Assembly (NCBI GenBank): GCA_002395405.1
Contig: DGWX01000062.1
Span: 1 to 56,933, forward strand
DNA length: 56,933 bases
Direction: 5' to 3'
Source: Christensenella sp. UBA4247
GTDB lineage: Bacteria; Bacillota; Clostridia; Christensenellales; CAG-1252
Shown here: positions 1 through 7,736 of the stretch, piece after piece
Position numbering within the stretch: the first letter of the stretch is position 1
How the letters are laid out: each line of letters starts with the position of its first letter
Notes under the pieces: generated by a model
Database searches by the model: none
Told to the model about the DNA's origin: nothing
Seen by the model: only the letters and a program-made list of their open reading frames with translations
Translations under genes and position numbers: made by a program

Positions 1-840
1 ACATCCGATGAGACGCGAACGCTTCATCTCTTTTTCCGACTTAATGGATATGTAACGAATAATGATATGCGGCATTCCGAAATAACCGAGTCCCCAACCG
101 AGGCCGGTCAAGATCGTCGCGATACTCGCCCAATCGAACTTTCCGGAAGAAAGCATATTGTAAAAGTTCGCGGGAAGCGCCGTGTTGACCCCCGATTCGA
201 CTTTCAACACGCAAACCGCAACGATCGGGGTCAGCATTAGCGCTATGAGCATGATCATTCCTTGGAAAAAGTCCGTCCAACAAACAGCGTTAAACCCTCC
301 GAGGAAGAGATAAAGAACGATGATCACGGTCGCAATACTCATCGCGATGCGTTCATCCATTCCGAATAAAGTCTTAAAAAGGGTTCCGCACGCGCTGATG
401 GAAGACGCGCCGTATACGCAATACACGATCATAAAGATGATCGCGCTTACGATCTGCAAGCTATGATCGCGGCTCTTGAAGCGGTTCGTCAGATACTGCG
501 GGATCGTAATACTGTCGTTTGCGAGAATGGAATAACGGCGCAAACGCGGCGCCACGAAGATCCAAGCGAGAACCGTTCCGATCAAAAGGCCGATCGAGAT
601 CCAAACCTGACCGAGACCGTATAGATAGATCGAACCGGGCAAACCCATCAGCACCCACGCGCTCATATCGGACGCCCCCGCGCTCAAAGCGGAGACCAAT
701 CCGTTCATTTTTCTGCCGCCGAGGAAAAATCCTTTTTCACCGGAATCTTTTCTCGTTTTAATAAAGAAGTAAACCCCGATCCCGATTACGAGCGCAAAAT
801 ACAAAACGAAAGCGAGTATATCGCCCCATTGGATTTTCAT
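1..840 (-). CDS. putP: Sodium/solute symporter (SSS family), PutP-like sodium/proline symporter. Only the N-terminal 280 codons are present; the gene runs off the window start.
   Basis: ATG at 838..840 (minus strand) is preceded by GGAGGG at 849..854. My translation reads MKIQWGDILAFVLYFALVIGIGVYFFIKTRKDSGEKGFFLGGRKMNGLVSALSAGASDMSAWVLMGLPGSIYLYG... and stays open to position 1. The frame is absent from the ORF track because it has no stop inside the window. The block GGR-x7-ALSAGASDMS-W-LMGLPG is the classic N-terminal PutP/SSS signature, and the sequence is multi-TM hydrophobic throughout. Confidence 0.8.
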   Translation of the reverse strand, partial: MKIQWGDILAFVLYFALVIGIGVYFFIKTRKDSGEKGFFLGGRKMNGLVSALSAGASDMSAWVLMGLPGSIYLYGLGQVWISIGLLIGTVLAWIFVAPRLRRYSILANDSITIPQYLTNRFKSRDHSLQIVSAIIFMIVYCVYGASSISACGTLFKTLFGMDERIAMSIATVIIVLYLFLGGFNAVCWTDFFQGMIMLIALMLTPIVAVCVLKVESGVNTALPANFYNMLSSGKFDWASIATILTGLGWGLGYFGMPHIIIRYISIKSEKEMKRSRLIGC

Positions 841-853
841 GTTTTACGCCCTC

Positions 854-1555
854 CTACTGTTTATACAGGATCCTGCCGCAATCCGGACACTCGATAAAGC
901 TTTGCCCGTTTAGCTTTACGATCGCGTCACCCGCAAGTTCCATAAAGCATCCGCCGCAGCTTCTGCCGTCCATCAAAGGAACGACGGCAGGCAGCCTTTT
1001 TTGCTTTCTGAGCCGCTTATAAACTTCAAGGAATTTCGGCGAGCATTTCGCTTCCACCTTCGAGATCTCCTCTTTTACCGTTTGCGCTTCGGGAAGGATC
1101 TTCGCGCGCTCTTCTTCATATTTCGCCTTGCTTTGATTCAGTTTTTTCGCAGCGTCCTTTCCCGCCGCCATGGATTGCGCGTGGTTTTGATTGAGCTCTA
1201 CGATGCGTTGGCTCATCTTGCCGATCTCCTGCGAAAGGGTTTTGAGCTGGTTCAAAAGCTTTTGCACGTTACGGATAAAGAAATCCGCGCCGTTTACGTC
1301 CGAAACTTCCGGAATCGAATCTTCCGCTTCTTTGAGCTCTTTTTCAAGAGATTCGTACTCTTGGATGAGCGCATTCATTTGCTTGATCATTTCGCCCGCG
1401 TCACGATTTTGCTTTACGACTTGTTCTTGCGCGGTCGAAACGGTATGTTTATTCTGCGCGTATTCCTTCGCCGCGTCGCTGCCCATGAGCTCGTTTTCAA
1501 GCTTCATCAGCTTTCTGTCAAGATCCTGGTATTCCAGTATGACGGATAATTCCAT
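854..1555 (-). CDS. Zinc-ribbon/coiled-coil protein of the COG1579 (DUF164) type
   Basis: 233-aa ORF with an ATG start at 1553..1555 and an AAGGAGAGG RBS upstream. It has a long charged heptad-like region (KLENEL...LEKELKEAE...) and then a C-terminal C4 zinc ribbon (SCGGCFMEL...FIECPDCGRILY). Its position just downstream of nif3 matches the usual Bacillota synteny. Confidence 0.75.
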   Translation of the reverse strand: MELSVILEYQDLDRKLMKLENELMGSDAAKEYAQNKHTVSTAQEQVVKQNRDAGEMIKQMNALIQEYESLEKELKEAEDSIPEVSDVNGADFFIRNVQKLLNQLKTLSQEIGKMSQRIVELNQNHAQSMAAGKDAAKKLNQSKAKYEEERAKILPEAQTVKEEISKVEAKCSPKFLEVYKRLRKQKRLPAVVPLMDGRSCGGCFMELAGDAIVKLNGQSFIECPDCGRILYKQ

Positions 1556-1576
1556 GTTGCCTCTCCTTCCCTTACT

Positions 1577-2338
1577 TTATTCGTTGTAAGGATTCGTATT
1601 TTCTCGGCTGATCACGCATTCCGTTTCCGGCGCCTTCATAGCCAATATTTTTTTGATTTCTTCGTTAAACGCCCATTCTCCGGCGTAATGCGTGGGTTCG
1701 ATCAATCGAACGCCGAGATCTTTTGCCATCTCCGCCAAATTGTGTTTTACGTCCGACGTAACGATCGCCGCGCCCGTTTCTTTCGCGCGCAGGATCAAGC
1801 TTTCCGAAGCGCCCGCGCCGCAAGACGCGATCACTTTCGAGACCTTCCCTTGCCCCACGGAGCGGATCGCCTTTTCCGAAAGCGATTTCTTTACGAAGTC
1901 TTTCAGCTCGGACAATTCCCATTCCGCGGGAAGATCGAATTCCGTTGCGAAGCCGTCGTCTATAACGGCAAAGTCTTTCGCTCCGAGCGCGCGCGCAAGA
2001 AGGTAGTTGTTTCCGTTTTCGGCGGCGTCGAAATTCGTATGCAATGCGATCGCCGCTATATTTTTTTCCGCAAGGGATAAAACCAGATTGCCCGTATAGC
2101 TCTCGTCCGTTACCCTTTTGATCTCGCGGAAAATAACCGGGTGATGCGAAATGATGAGATCCGCCTTTTCGCGCGCCGCTTCCTCGATAACGGAAAGCGA
2201 AACGTCGAGAGAAAGAAGGATCTTCGAAACTTTTTTCTCGCCTCTTCCGACGATCAATCCGACGTTATCGTAAGACAGCGCCCGATCGAATGGATACAAA
2301 TTTTCAAACAGTTCGAGAATTTCTTTTACCGTACGCAT
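1577..2338 (-). CDS. Nif3-like dinuclear metal center protein (YqfO/YbgI family)
   Basis: I moved the start to the ATG at 2336..2338 ([31 protein letters not shown]...). Family hallmarks are present: DLIISHHPVIF, ALHTNFD, EPTHYAGEW. The 97-codon 5' extension in the ORF track is Arg-rich and lies inside trmK. The corrected start overlaps the trmK stop by 13 nt. Confidence 0.85.
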   Translation of the reverse strand: MRTVKEILELFENLYPFDRALSYDNVGLIVGRGEKKVSKILLSLDVSLSVIEEAAREKADLIISHHPVIFREIKRVTDESYTGNLVLSLAEKNIAAIALHTNFDAAENGNNYLLARALGAKDFAVIDDGFATEFDLPAEWELSELKDFVKKSLSEKAIRSVGQGKVSKVIASCGAGASESLILRAKETGAAIVTSDVKHNLAEMAKDLGVRLIEPTHYAGEWAFNEEIKKILAMKAPETECVISRENTNPYNE

Positions 2339-2958
2339 CGCAAAATCTCCCTCTCTTCCTCTAACGCTTCGTCCTCTTTCAAAGATAGAAGCTCTTCGAT
2401 TTTTTTCAGTCGGGCGGCGGCGTATTCCGCGCCGTCCATATCCCCGTCTCCGAAGTAGAGCGAATGGTCCCGCCAAGGAAGCGAAAGATCCGCCTGCATA
2501 ACGGGATAAAACTTCCCGCTCTCTTTTACGTACGCGTCGCGCACGATCCGCACGTTTTCCTCTTGCAAATAAGCGCGAAGAAGAGGCGCGTGCGTATGCG
2601 GGATCAAGACAAGTTTTCCGATTTCGCAATCTCTTTCGCGAAGGATCTTAACGATCTCGTGCGCGCCCATACCCGCGATCACGGCGCAATCCGTCCTCTC
2701 TCCTTTTATAGGAGAAAGTCCGTCTCCGACTCTGCAATCGAGGCTTACGCCTTGCTCTATCGCGAGAAGGCTCGCCTTTGCGAGGCTCTTTTCGCTGATG
2801 TCGATCGCGATCGCCCTTTTCGCCCTTCCTTCGAGAAGCGCGGCGACGGGAAGTTTCCCGTGATCGGTGCCTACGTCGCAAAGAACGGAAACGGGATCGA
2901 TGAGCGAGAGCGCGAAAGATAACCTTTTCCCGAGGATCAATCTCACTTGTCCACGCAT
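2326..2958 (-). CDS. trmK: tRNA (adenine(22)-N1)-methyltransferase TrmK (YqfN family)
   Basis: 210-aa ORF with an ATG at 2956..2958. It carries the motifs [15 protein letters not shown] and [14 protein letters not shown], typical of the TrmK SAM-methyltransferase fold. It sits between sigA and nif3, as in Bacillus yqfN. Confidence 0.8.
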   Translation of the reverse strand: MRGQVRLILGKRLSFALSLIDPVSVLCDVGTDHGKLPVAALLEGRAKRAIAIDISEKSLAKASLLAIEQGVSLDCRVGDGLSPIKGERTDCAVIAGMGAHEIVKILRERDCEIGKLVLIPHTHAPLLRAYLQEENVRIVRDAYVKESGKFYPVMQADLSLPWRDHSLYFGDGDMDGAEYAAARLKKIEELLSLKEDEALEEEREILRCVR

Positions 2959-4016
2959 CCGCGAAGCTTGTCCTTCCTCTTCGGATGACGCAATTTTCTC
3001 AAAGCCTTCGCTTCGATCTGACGAATACGCTCCCTCGTTACTCCGAACGCTTGTCCGACTTCTTCGAGCGTGCGGGCGCGATTGTCGTCAAGCCCGTAAC
3101 GCATGCGAATAACCTTTTCTTCGCGCGGAGTCAGGGTGGAAAGAACTTGCATCAACTGCTCTTTGACCATACTTTGCTCCGCCTTTTCGGCAGGCTGCGC
3201 GGCGGTCGTATCTTCGATAAAATCGCCGAGGTGACTGTCTTCCTCTTCGCCGATCGGGGTTTCGAGAGAAACGGGGTCTTGCGCGGTGCGCTGGATCTCG
3301 CGAATGCGCTCGACCGTCATTCCCATCGCTTCCGCGATCTCTTCCGTCGTGGGATCGCGCCCGAGTTGCTGGGTCAACGTGCGCGTAACGCGGGTCGTCT
3401 TATTGATCGTCTCGACCATATGGACGGGGAGACGGATCGTTCTCGCCTGATCGGCGATCGCGCGCGTGATCGCTTGGCGGATCCACCAAGTCGCGTACGT
3501 GCTGAACTTAAAGCCCTTCGTGTAATCGAATTTTTCGACCGCTTTCAACAGACCTTGGTTGCCTTCCTGAATGAGGTCAAGAAACGCCATTCCGCGCGAC
3601 GTGTAGCGCTTCGCGATGGAAACGACGAGGCGGAGATTTGCTTCCGCAAGACGCTTTTTCGCGTTCTCGTCTCCGTTCGCCATTGCTTTCGCGAGTTCTT
3701 TTTCTTCGTCCACGGAAAGAAGCGCGTAGCTGCCGATGTCGCGCAAATAAAGCTTGACCGCGTCATCCACCGAAACGTCGGAGAGCATTTTATTGATCGC
3801 GTCCGGTTTTACGTCTTCTTCATCCGCGGCGGTTATTTTGATCCCCGCTTTTTCGATCTCCGCATAAACGCGTTCAATATCTTCCGAAGTTATGTCGAGC
3901 TTTTGCAAGCGAACGACCAAATCTTCCTCCGGAATGCTACCCTTTGCTTTGAACGTCTCCACGATCTTATCGATCTGCGCCTGCAACAAGGTTTCTTTTT
4001 CGTTATTTACTTCCAT
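2943..4016 (-). CDS. sigA: Primary RNA polymerase sigma factor (sigma-70 family, SigA/RpoD)
   Basis: Region 2 ([56 protein letters not shown]), region 3, and region 4.2 ([29 protein letters not shown]) are all present. I chose the ATG at 4014..4016, preceded by GGAGG (ACAGGAGGTCTTATG). The ORF-track start at 4049 is a TTG with no RBS. Confidence 0.95.
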   Translation of the reverse strand: MEVNNEKETLLQAQIDKIVETFKAKGSIPEEDLVVRLQKLDITSEDIERVYAEIEKAGIKITAADEEDVKPDAINKMLSDVSVDDAVKLYLRDIGSYALLSVDEEKELAKAMANGDENAKKRLAEANLRLVVSIAKRYTSRGMAFLDLIQEGNQGLLKAVEKFDYTKGFKFSTYATWWIRQAITRAIADQARTIRLPVHMVETINKTTRVTRTLTQQLGRDPTTEEIAEAMGMTVERIREIQRTAQDPVSLETPIGEEEDSHLGDFIEDTTAAQPAEKAEQSMVKEQLMQVLSTLTPREEKVIRMRYGLDDNRARTLEEVGQAFGVTRERIRQIEAKALRKLRHPKRKDKLRGCVDK

Positions 4017-5763
4017 AAGACCTCCTGTATTTTGCTTCTTCTTCGGCAATCGCTTTCATATATTTTGACCTTTCTTCATCCGAGGTACTCAGCTTATATT
4101 TTTCATTTAATTCCGCGATCTTGCTTTTTTGATACTCTTTTTGAAGGAGTAACAAGCAATCTTCGTAAGCGGCTTTTTCCGAGCCTTCGTACCTTTTTGC
4201 GTCCAGGTTTATGATCTTATCCGCTTCCTCTTCCGTCGTAACGTGATAGAGCGTTCCGACGTCGGGAGGGGCGCTTTTCAAAGCGCATTCGTTTAAGTAA
4301 TCCGCCGCCGATCGAAGAGCGGGAGTGGGCATCAGATCGGCGTAATTTTCCCATTTTTCCAGTCCCATAATACATTCCCGTATGACGAAGCGGGCGGCCT
4401 CCACGTTTGCGTCCGATGCGCTAGTCGTTGCCGAAATGGCAACGGCGGACGCGTCGCCCGCGCTTTCTATCGCTTTTACTTCCGACGTTACGACCGATTT
4501 ATTGATCCCGGTCAGTTTGGAAACGAACTCGGCGTACACGTCTCTTTCCACACCGCTCGGCAGTTCGGACACGATCTTCGCCGCCTCTTTCGCGTAAGAC
4601 GCACGCCCGAAGGGAGAAGCCAGATCGTGTTTCTCTTTGAGCCTCGTAAGCTTATATTCCGTCAGCTCCACCGCGGCGTTTTTATATTTCAAGAACTCTT
4701 CTTTGCCCGCTCTTTTGATGACCTCGTCAGGGTCTTCGCCGTTCGGAAGCGAGATAACGCGTACTTTAAGTCCGTGATTCTTTAAGATCTCCAAGCCGCG
4801 GAGGGTTGCGTTTTGCCCCGCCGCGTCGCCGTCGTAACAAATATATATGTCTTCCACGTAACGCTTCGCAAGTTTTGCCTGCTCTTCCGTTAACGACGTT
4901 CCCATACTCGCAACGACGTTTTCGACTCCCGCCTGAACGAGCGCGAGGGTATCCATATATCCTTCCACCATAATAAGGTCGGAAACCTTTTCTCTTTGGC
5001 GAAGCTTTTTGATCATATTCAACCCGTACAAGTTTCTGTTTTTCTGAAACAGGACCGTGTTATCCGTGTTTTTATATTTCGCGAAATCGGTTTTCCCGAG
5101 AACCCGTCCTCCGAAGGCGACTACCTTTCCGAACGCGTCGATAATAGGGAAAACGAGTCGGTTCGCCATCGCGTCAAAGAACTTCCCGTCTCTTTCCTGT
5201 ATGACTCCCGCTTTCAGCATCTCCTGACGGGAATATCCGAGCGCTTTCAAATCCTCGATCAAAGAGGTATAACCATCCGAATAGCCGAGTCCGAATTTTC
5301 GAACGGAAGACTCAAAGATCCCGCGCTTTGAAATATATTCGACCGCTCTTTCCGCGGAAGGTTTTTTCAAGTTCGCGTGATAGATCCTTGCGGTATCGCG
5401 CGTAAGGGCGAAGAGCCTTTCTTTTTGTTTTTTGAAGGCTTCGTCTTCCGCGTTTATGCGTTTCGGAACTTCGAGATGCGCCCTTTCGGCGAGATGGCGA
5501 ACGGCTTCCATAAAGGTCATATTCTCCTCTTCCATAATAAAGGAGATAACGTCGCCCCCTTTTCCGCAGCCGAAGCACTTATAAAAGCCTTGCTCGCGAT
5601 TAACGGAGAAAGACGGCGTCTTTTCGTGATGAAACGGGCAATTTCCCCAATAGTTCGAGCCTTTTTTTTGCAGTCCCGGAACATAGGAAGAGACGACGTC
5701 CACGATGTCCGAACGCCCTTTCAGCTCTTCTATAAAATTTCCGTCCACACCCCGAATTTCCAT
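4003..5763 (-). CDS. dnaG: DNA primase DnaG
   Basis: Zinc-finger motif [40 protein letters not shown] region with [11 protein letters not shown] and [10 protein letters not shown]. The start was set to the ATG at 5761..5763, which forms a TGATG overlap with the dgt stop and follows a GGAGA RBS. The longer track start (5847) would lie inside dgt. Confidence 0.95.
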   Translation of the reverse strand: MEIRGVDGNFIEELKGRSDIVDVVSSYVPGLQKKGSNYWGNCPFHHEKTPSFSVNREQGFYKCFGCGKGGDVISFIMEEENMTFMEAVRHLAERAHLEVPKRINAEDEAFKKQKERLFALTRDTARIYHANLKKPSAERAVEYISKRGIFESSVRKFGLGYSDGYTSLIEDLKALGYSRQEMLKAGVIQERDGKFFDAMANRLVFPIIDAFGKVVAFGGRVLGKTDFAKYKNTDNTVLFQKNRNLYGLNMIKKLRQREKVSDLIMVEGYMDTLALVQAGVENVVASMGTSLTEEQAKLAKRYVEDIYICYDGDAAGQNATLRGLEILKNHGLKVRVISLPNGEDPDEVIKRAGKEEFLKYKNAAVELTEYKLTRLKEKHDLASPFGRASYAKEAAKIVSELPSGVERDVYAEFVSKLTGINKSVVTSEVKAIESAGDASAVAISATTSASDANVEAARFVIRECIMGLEKWENYADLMPTPALRSAADYLNECALKSAPPDVGTLYHVTTEEEADKIINLDAKRYEGSEKAAYEDCLLLLQKEYQKSKIAELNEKYKLSTSDEERSKYMKAIAEEEAKYRRSYGSK

Positions 5764-6758
5764 CAACTTCTCCAATCGTTCGGAATAAACAGCCTCTCGT
5801 ACGTCGCCACGGCGTAACGATCGGTCATACTCGCGAGATAATCGCAAACGGAAACGTCCTTTCCGTCCGTTTGAGACATCGTACGGTAGGGTTCGGGCAC
5901 CTCGTCAAAATGCTCGAAGTAATAATAATACAAGGTTTCAAGCAGCTTTTTCGCTTTCGCTTCCTCCCCTTTCGCCGCGTGATACGCGTACACGTTTTCG
6001 TTCATAAAGGAGTACAGACGGTTCAGCGCGGTTTGCACGTCAGGCGAAAGCGCGACTTCGGGCTTATCGTAAGAATAATTCACCATATCGAGAACGAGCG
6101 TGTTGACCCTCTGGCTCTTGGTCGAGCCCAAAACTTCCACCGCCTCTTTCGGGATCCGATCTTCCGTTATAACGCCCGCCATGATCGCGTCGTCTATATC
6201 GTGATTGATATAAGCGATCCTGTCGGAATAACTGACGACTCTGCCTTCCAACGTCGCGGGGTGCAGGGCGAGCTTATGGTTCTCGATCCCGTCTCTTACT
6301 TCCCAAGTAAGATTCAGCCCTTTCCCGTCGTTTTCAAGTTTCTCAACGACGCGCCTGCTTTGCTCGTTATGCCGAAAAGGTCTTCCGAGGATCTTCGAAA
6401 AAACGTCTTCGCCGGCGTGTCCGAAAGGAGTATGTCCCACGTCGTGCCCGAGCGCGATGGCTTCGGTCAAATCGGGATTCAAACAAAGCCCCGTGGCGAT
6501 CGTACGCGCGATCTGACAAACTTCGAGCGTATGCGTAAGGCGCGTTCTGTAATGGTCGCCTTCGGGCGAGATAAAAACCTGCGTTTTATGTTTCAGGCGG
6601 CGGAAAGCCTTACTGTGAATGATCCTGTCGCGGTCGCGCTGAAATTCCGTTCGAAGCGGACAGGGCGGGATCGGGATCTCGCGCCCTTTGGAACTCGAAG
6701 AAGGCGTTGCGTATTTGGATAAAAATAATGCTTCGATTTCGAGATATTTTTCTTTCAT
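5763..6758 (-). CDS. dgt: dGTP/dNTP triphosphohydrolase-like HD-domain protein
   Basis: 331-aa ORF with an ATG at 6756..6758 after AAGGAGGAGG. Motifs FQRDRDRIIHSKAFRRLKHKTQVF, DHYRTRLTHTLEV and ALGHDVGHTPFGHAGE match the Dgt/HD phosphohydrolase family. Confidence 0.85.
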   Translation of the reverse strand: MKEKYLEIEALFLSKYATPSSSSKGREIPIPPCPLRTEFQRDRDRIIHSKAFRRLKHKTQVFISPEGDHYRTRLTHTLEVCQIARTIATGLCLNPDLTEAIALGHDVGHTPFGHAGEDVFSKILGRPFRHNEQSRRVVEKLENDGKGLNLTWEVRDGIENHKLALHPATLEGRVVSYSDRIAYINHDIDDAIMAGVITEDRIPKEAVEVLGSTKSQRVNTLVLDMVNYSYDKPEVALSPDVQTALNRLYSFMNENVYAYHAAKGEEAKAKKLLETLYYYYFEHFDEVPEPYRTMSQTDGKDVSVCDYLASMTDRYAVATYERLFIPNDWRS

Positions 6759-6873
6759 AACCTCCTCCTTCGCCGATTTTCCGTTAAAAAATCACTTTTT
6801 TAGCCCGATTTTTCCTCTCAAACGGCACTTTTTCACGCAAAAAAGATACCGTCACTTACAGTTAGGCTATTTA

Positions 6874-6902
6874 AGCATATCACGCGACTTTTCAAATTGC
6901 AA
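6874..6902 (-). promoter_or_regulatory. Candidate sigma-70-type promoter for the dgt-dnaG-sigA operon
   Basis: The minus strand reads TTGCAA (6897..6902), a 17-nt spacer, then TGATATGCT (extended -10; the hexamer TATGCT is at 6874..6879). This is about 115 nt upstream of the dgt ATG. A second TTGCAA hexamer lies at 6915..6920. The call rests on consensus matching only. Confidence 0.3.
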
Positions 6903-6932
6903 GCATTATTTTTATTGCAAAATGATTTTTTT

Positions 6933-6964
6933 CAAAAAAAAGAACCGACGGAACGTCCGTCGGT
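6933..6964 (-). terminator. Rho-independent terminator downstream of the ECF-S-like gene
   Basis: On the minus strand there is a 9-bp GC-rich stem (ACCGACGGA/TCCGTCGGT, 6944..6952 pairing with 6956..6964) with a 3-nt loop. It is followed directly by TCTTTTTTTTG (6933..6943) and lies about 37 nt after the TAA stop at 7003..7005. Confidence 0.8.
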
Positions 6965-7002
6965 CTCCCGTAAACGATCGATAGGATCCATTCTTTCGTT
7001 TT

Positions 7003-7686
7003 TTATTCTTTCTCTTCCCCTTTTTCGGTCGGCGCGGCTTCTTGCCCTTCCGGCATATTCACCGCCGCGTCCTCGGCAGCGGGCGACTTTTTCTTTCTCT
7101 TGTCTTTCCCGAGCGCCAAACGGAGCGCCGTACAAACGATGGGCGTAATAAGCGCGCACGAAGCAAGTTCGATCACGAAATTTACGCCGAGAAGGCTGAC
7201 AAGAAATGCTTTTCCGATCGTAACGCCGCCGAAAGTCTTCCCAAAGTTAAACGCCGCCATCATGGATACGACGAGCGCCGTGTTCGTTACGACGCCGCAA
7301 AGAGCGGAAACCGTGCTTGCGATAAACGTGCTTGCGTCGTCGCTTCTGTTTTTCAAAAGTTTCTTAACGAGCTTAAACGCAAAATAAGCGGAGATCGGAA
7401 TGATGAGCCTCGGCACGATTGATACGAGAGGATTATAAAAAATCGGGGATAAAAGCCCCGGACGGAGAAACGCCGAGGTCAAAGACGCAAGTCCGAAACA
7501 CAGCCCCGAGAACAGTCCCATTCCAAACCCTTCCACGTCCGCCGCGATAAAGATCGCGATCAGGGGAATAAACGCAACGTCGATCCCCATAAAATTGATC
7601 GGTACGAATACGAAGAGCAAGATCAAGGACAAAAACAAAGCGGCAACCGCAATATCCTTTGACGTGATCTTAATTCTTTTGGTCAT
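7003..7686 (-). CDS. ECF-transporter S-component-like integral membrane protein with an unusual charged C-terminal tail
   Basis: 227-aa ORF with an ATG at 7684..7686 after GGAGG. It has about six hydrophobic segments. NPLVSIVPRLIIPISAYFAF and GVVTNTALVV resemble S-component (PanT/RibU-like) motifs as I remember them. The last ~35 aa (GKDKRKKKSPAAEDAAVNMPEGQEAAPTEKGEEKE) are basic and then acidic. Confidence 0.55.
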   Translation of the reverse strand: MTKRIKITSKDIAVAALFLSLILLFVFVPINFMGIDVAFIPLIAIFIAADVEGFGMGLFSGLCFGLASLTSAFLRPGLLSPIFYNPLVSIVPRLIIPISAYFAFKLVKKLLKNRSDDASTFIASTVSALCGVVTNTALVVSMMAAFNFGKTFGGVTIGKAFLVSLLGVNFVIELASCALITPIVCTALRLALGKDKRKKKSPAAEDAAVNMPEGQEAAPTEKGEEKE

Positions 7687-7705
7687 TTTTGCCTCCGAGG
7701 GAACG

Positions 7706-7727
7706 AGGGCGGCTTTTCCGCCGCCCT
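7706..7727 (-). other. GC-rich stem-loop between the giant ORF 1 stop and the ECF-S-like start
   Basis: AGGGCGGC (7706..7713) pairs with GCCGCCCT (7720..7727) around a 6-nt loop. No U-tract follows on the minus strand, so it is not a canonical terminator. It lies within the 50-nt spacer. Confidence 0.4.
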
Positions 7728-7736
7728 ACGCTTTCA

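Noticed and set aside
41-761. Small track ORFs at 41-283, 461-658 and 519-761
   Set aside because: All lie inside, or antisense to, the putP-like reading frame. That frame carries a strong family signature but is missing from the track only because it has no stop in the window.
2339-2629. 97-codon N-terminal extension of the nif3-like ORF in the track
   Set aside because: The extension is Arg-rich nonsense ([14 protein letters not shown]...) and lies entirely inside trmK in another frame. The conserved Nif3 N-terminus (MRTVKEIL...) begins at the ATG at 2338.
4017-4049. TTG start of sigA at 4049 (shown as M in the track)
   Set aside because: It is a non-ATG start with no RBS and lies deeper inside dnaG. 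The in-frame ATG at 4016 follows GGAGG directly.
5764-5847. Longer dnaG start at 5847
   Set aside because: The extra 28 codons overlap the 3' end of dgt. The ATG at 5763 has a GGAGA RBS and forms the typical TGATG coupling junction. Primase homology (the zinc-finger region) begins shortly after it.
6688-6984. 98-aa plus-strand ORF in the dgt upstream intergenic region
   Set aside because: It starts inside dgt on the antisense strand and runs through the promoter and terminator region. It has no RBS and a low-complexity Phe/Ser/Lys-rich product.
7687-7736. Riboswitch upstream of the ECF-S-like gene
   Set aside because: The spacer is only 50 nt and contains a single simple hairpin. That is too short for any vitamin-sensing aptamer I know of (THI-box, FMN, cobalamin, preQ1-II and so on).
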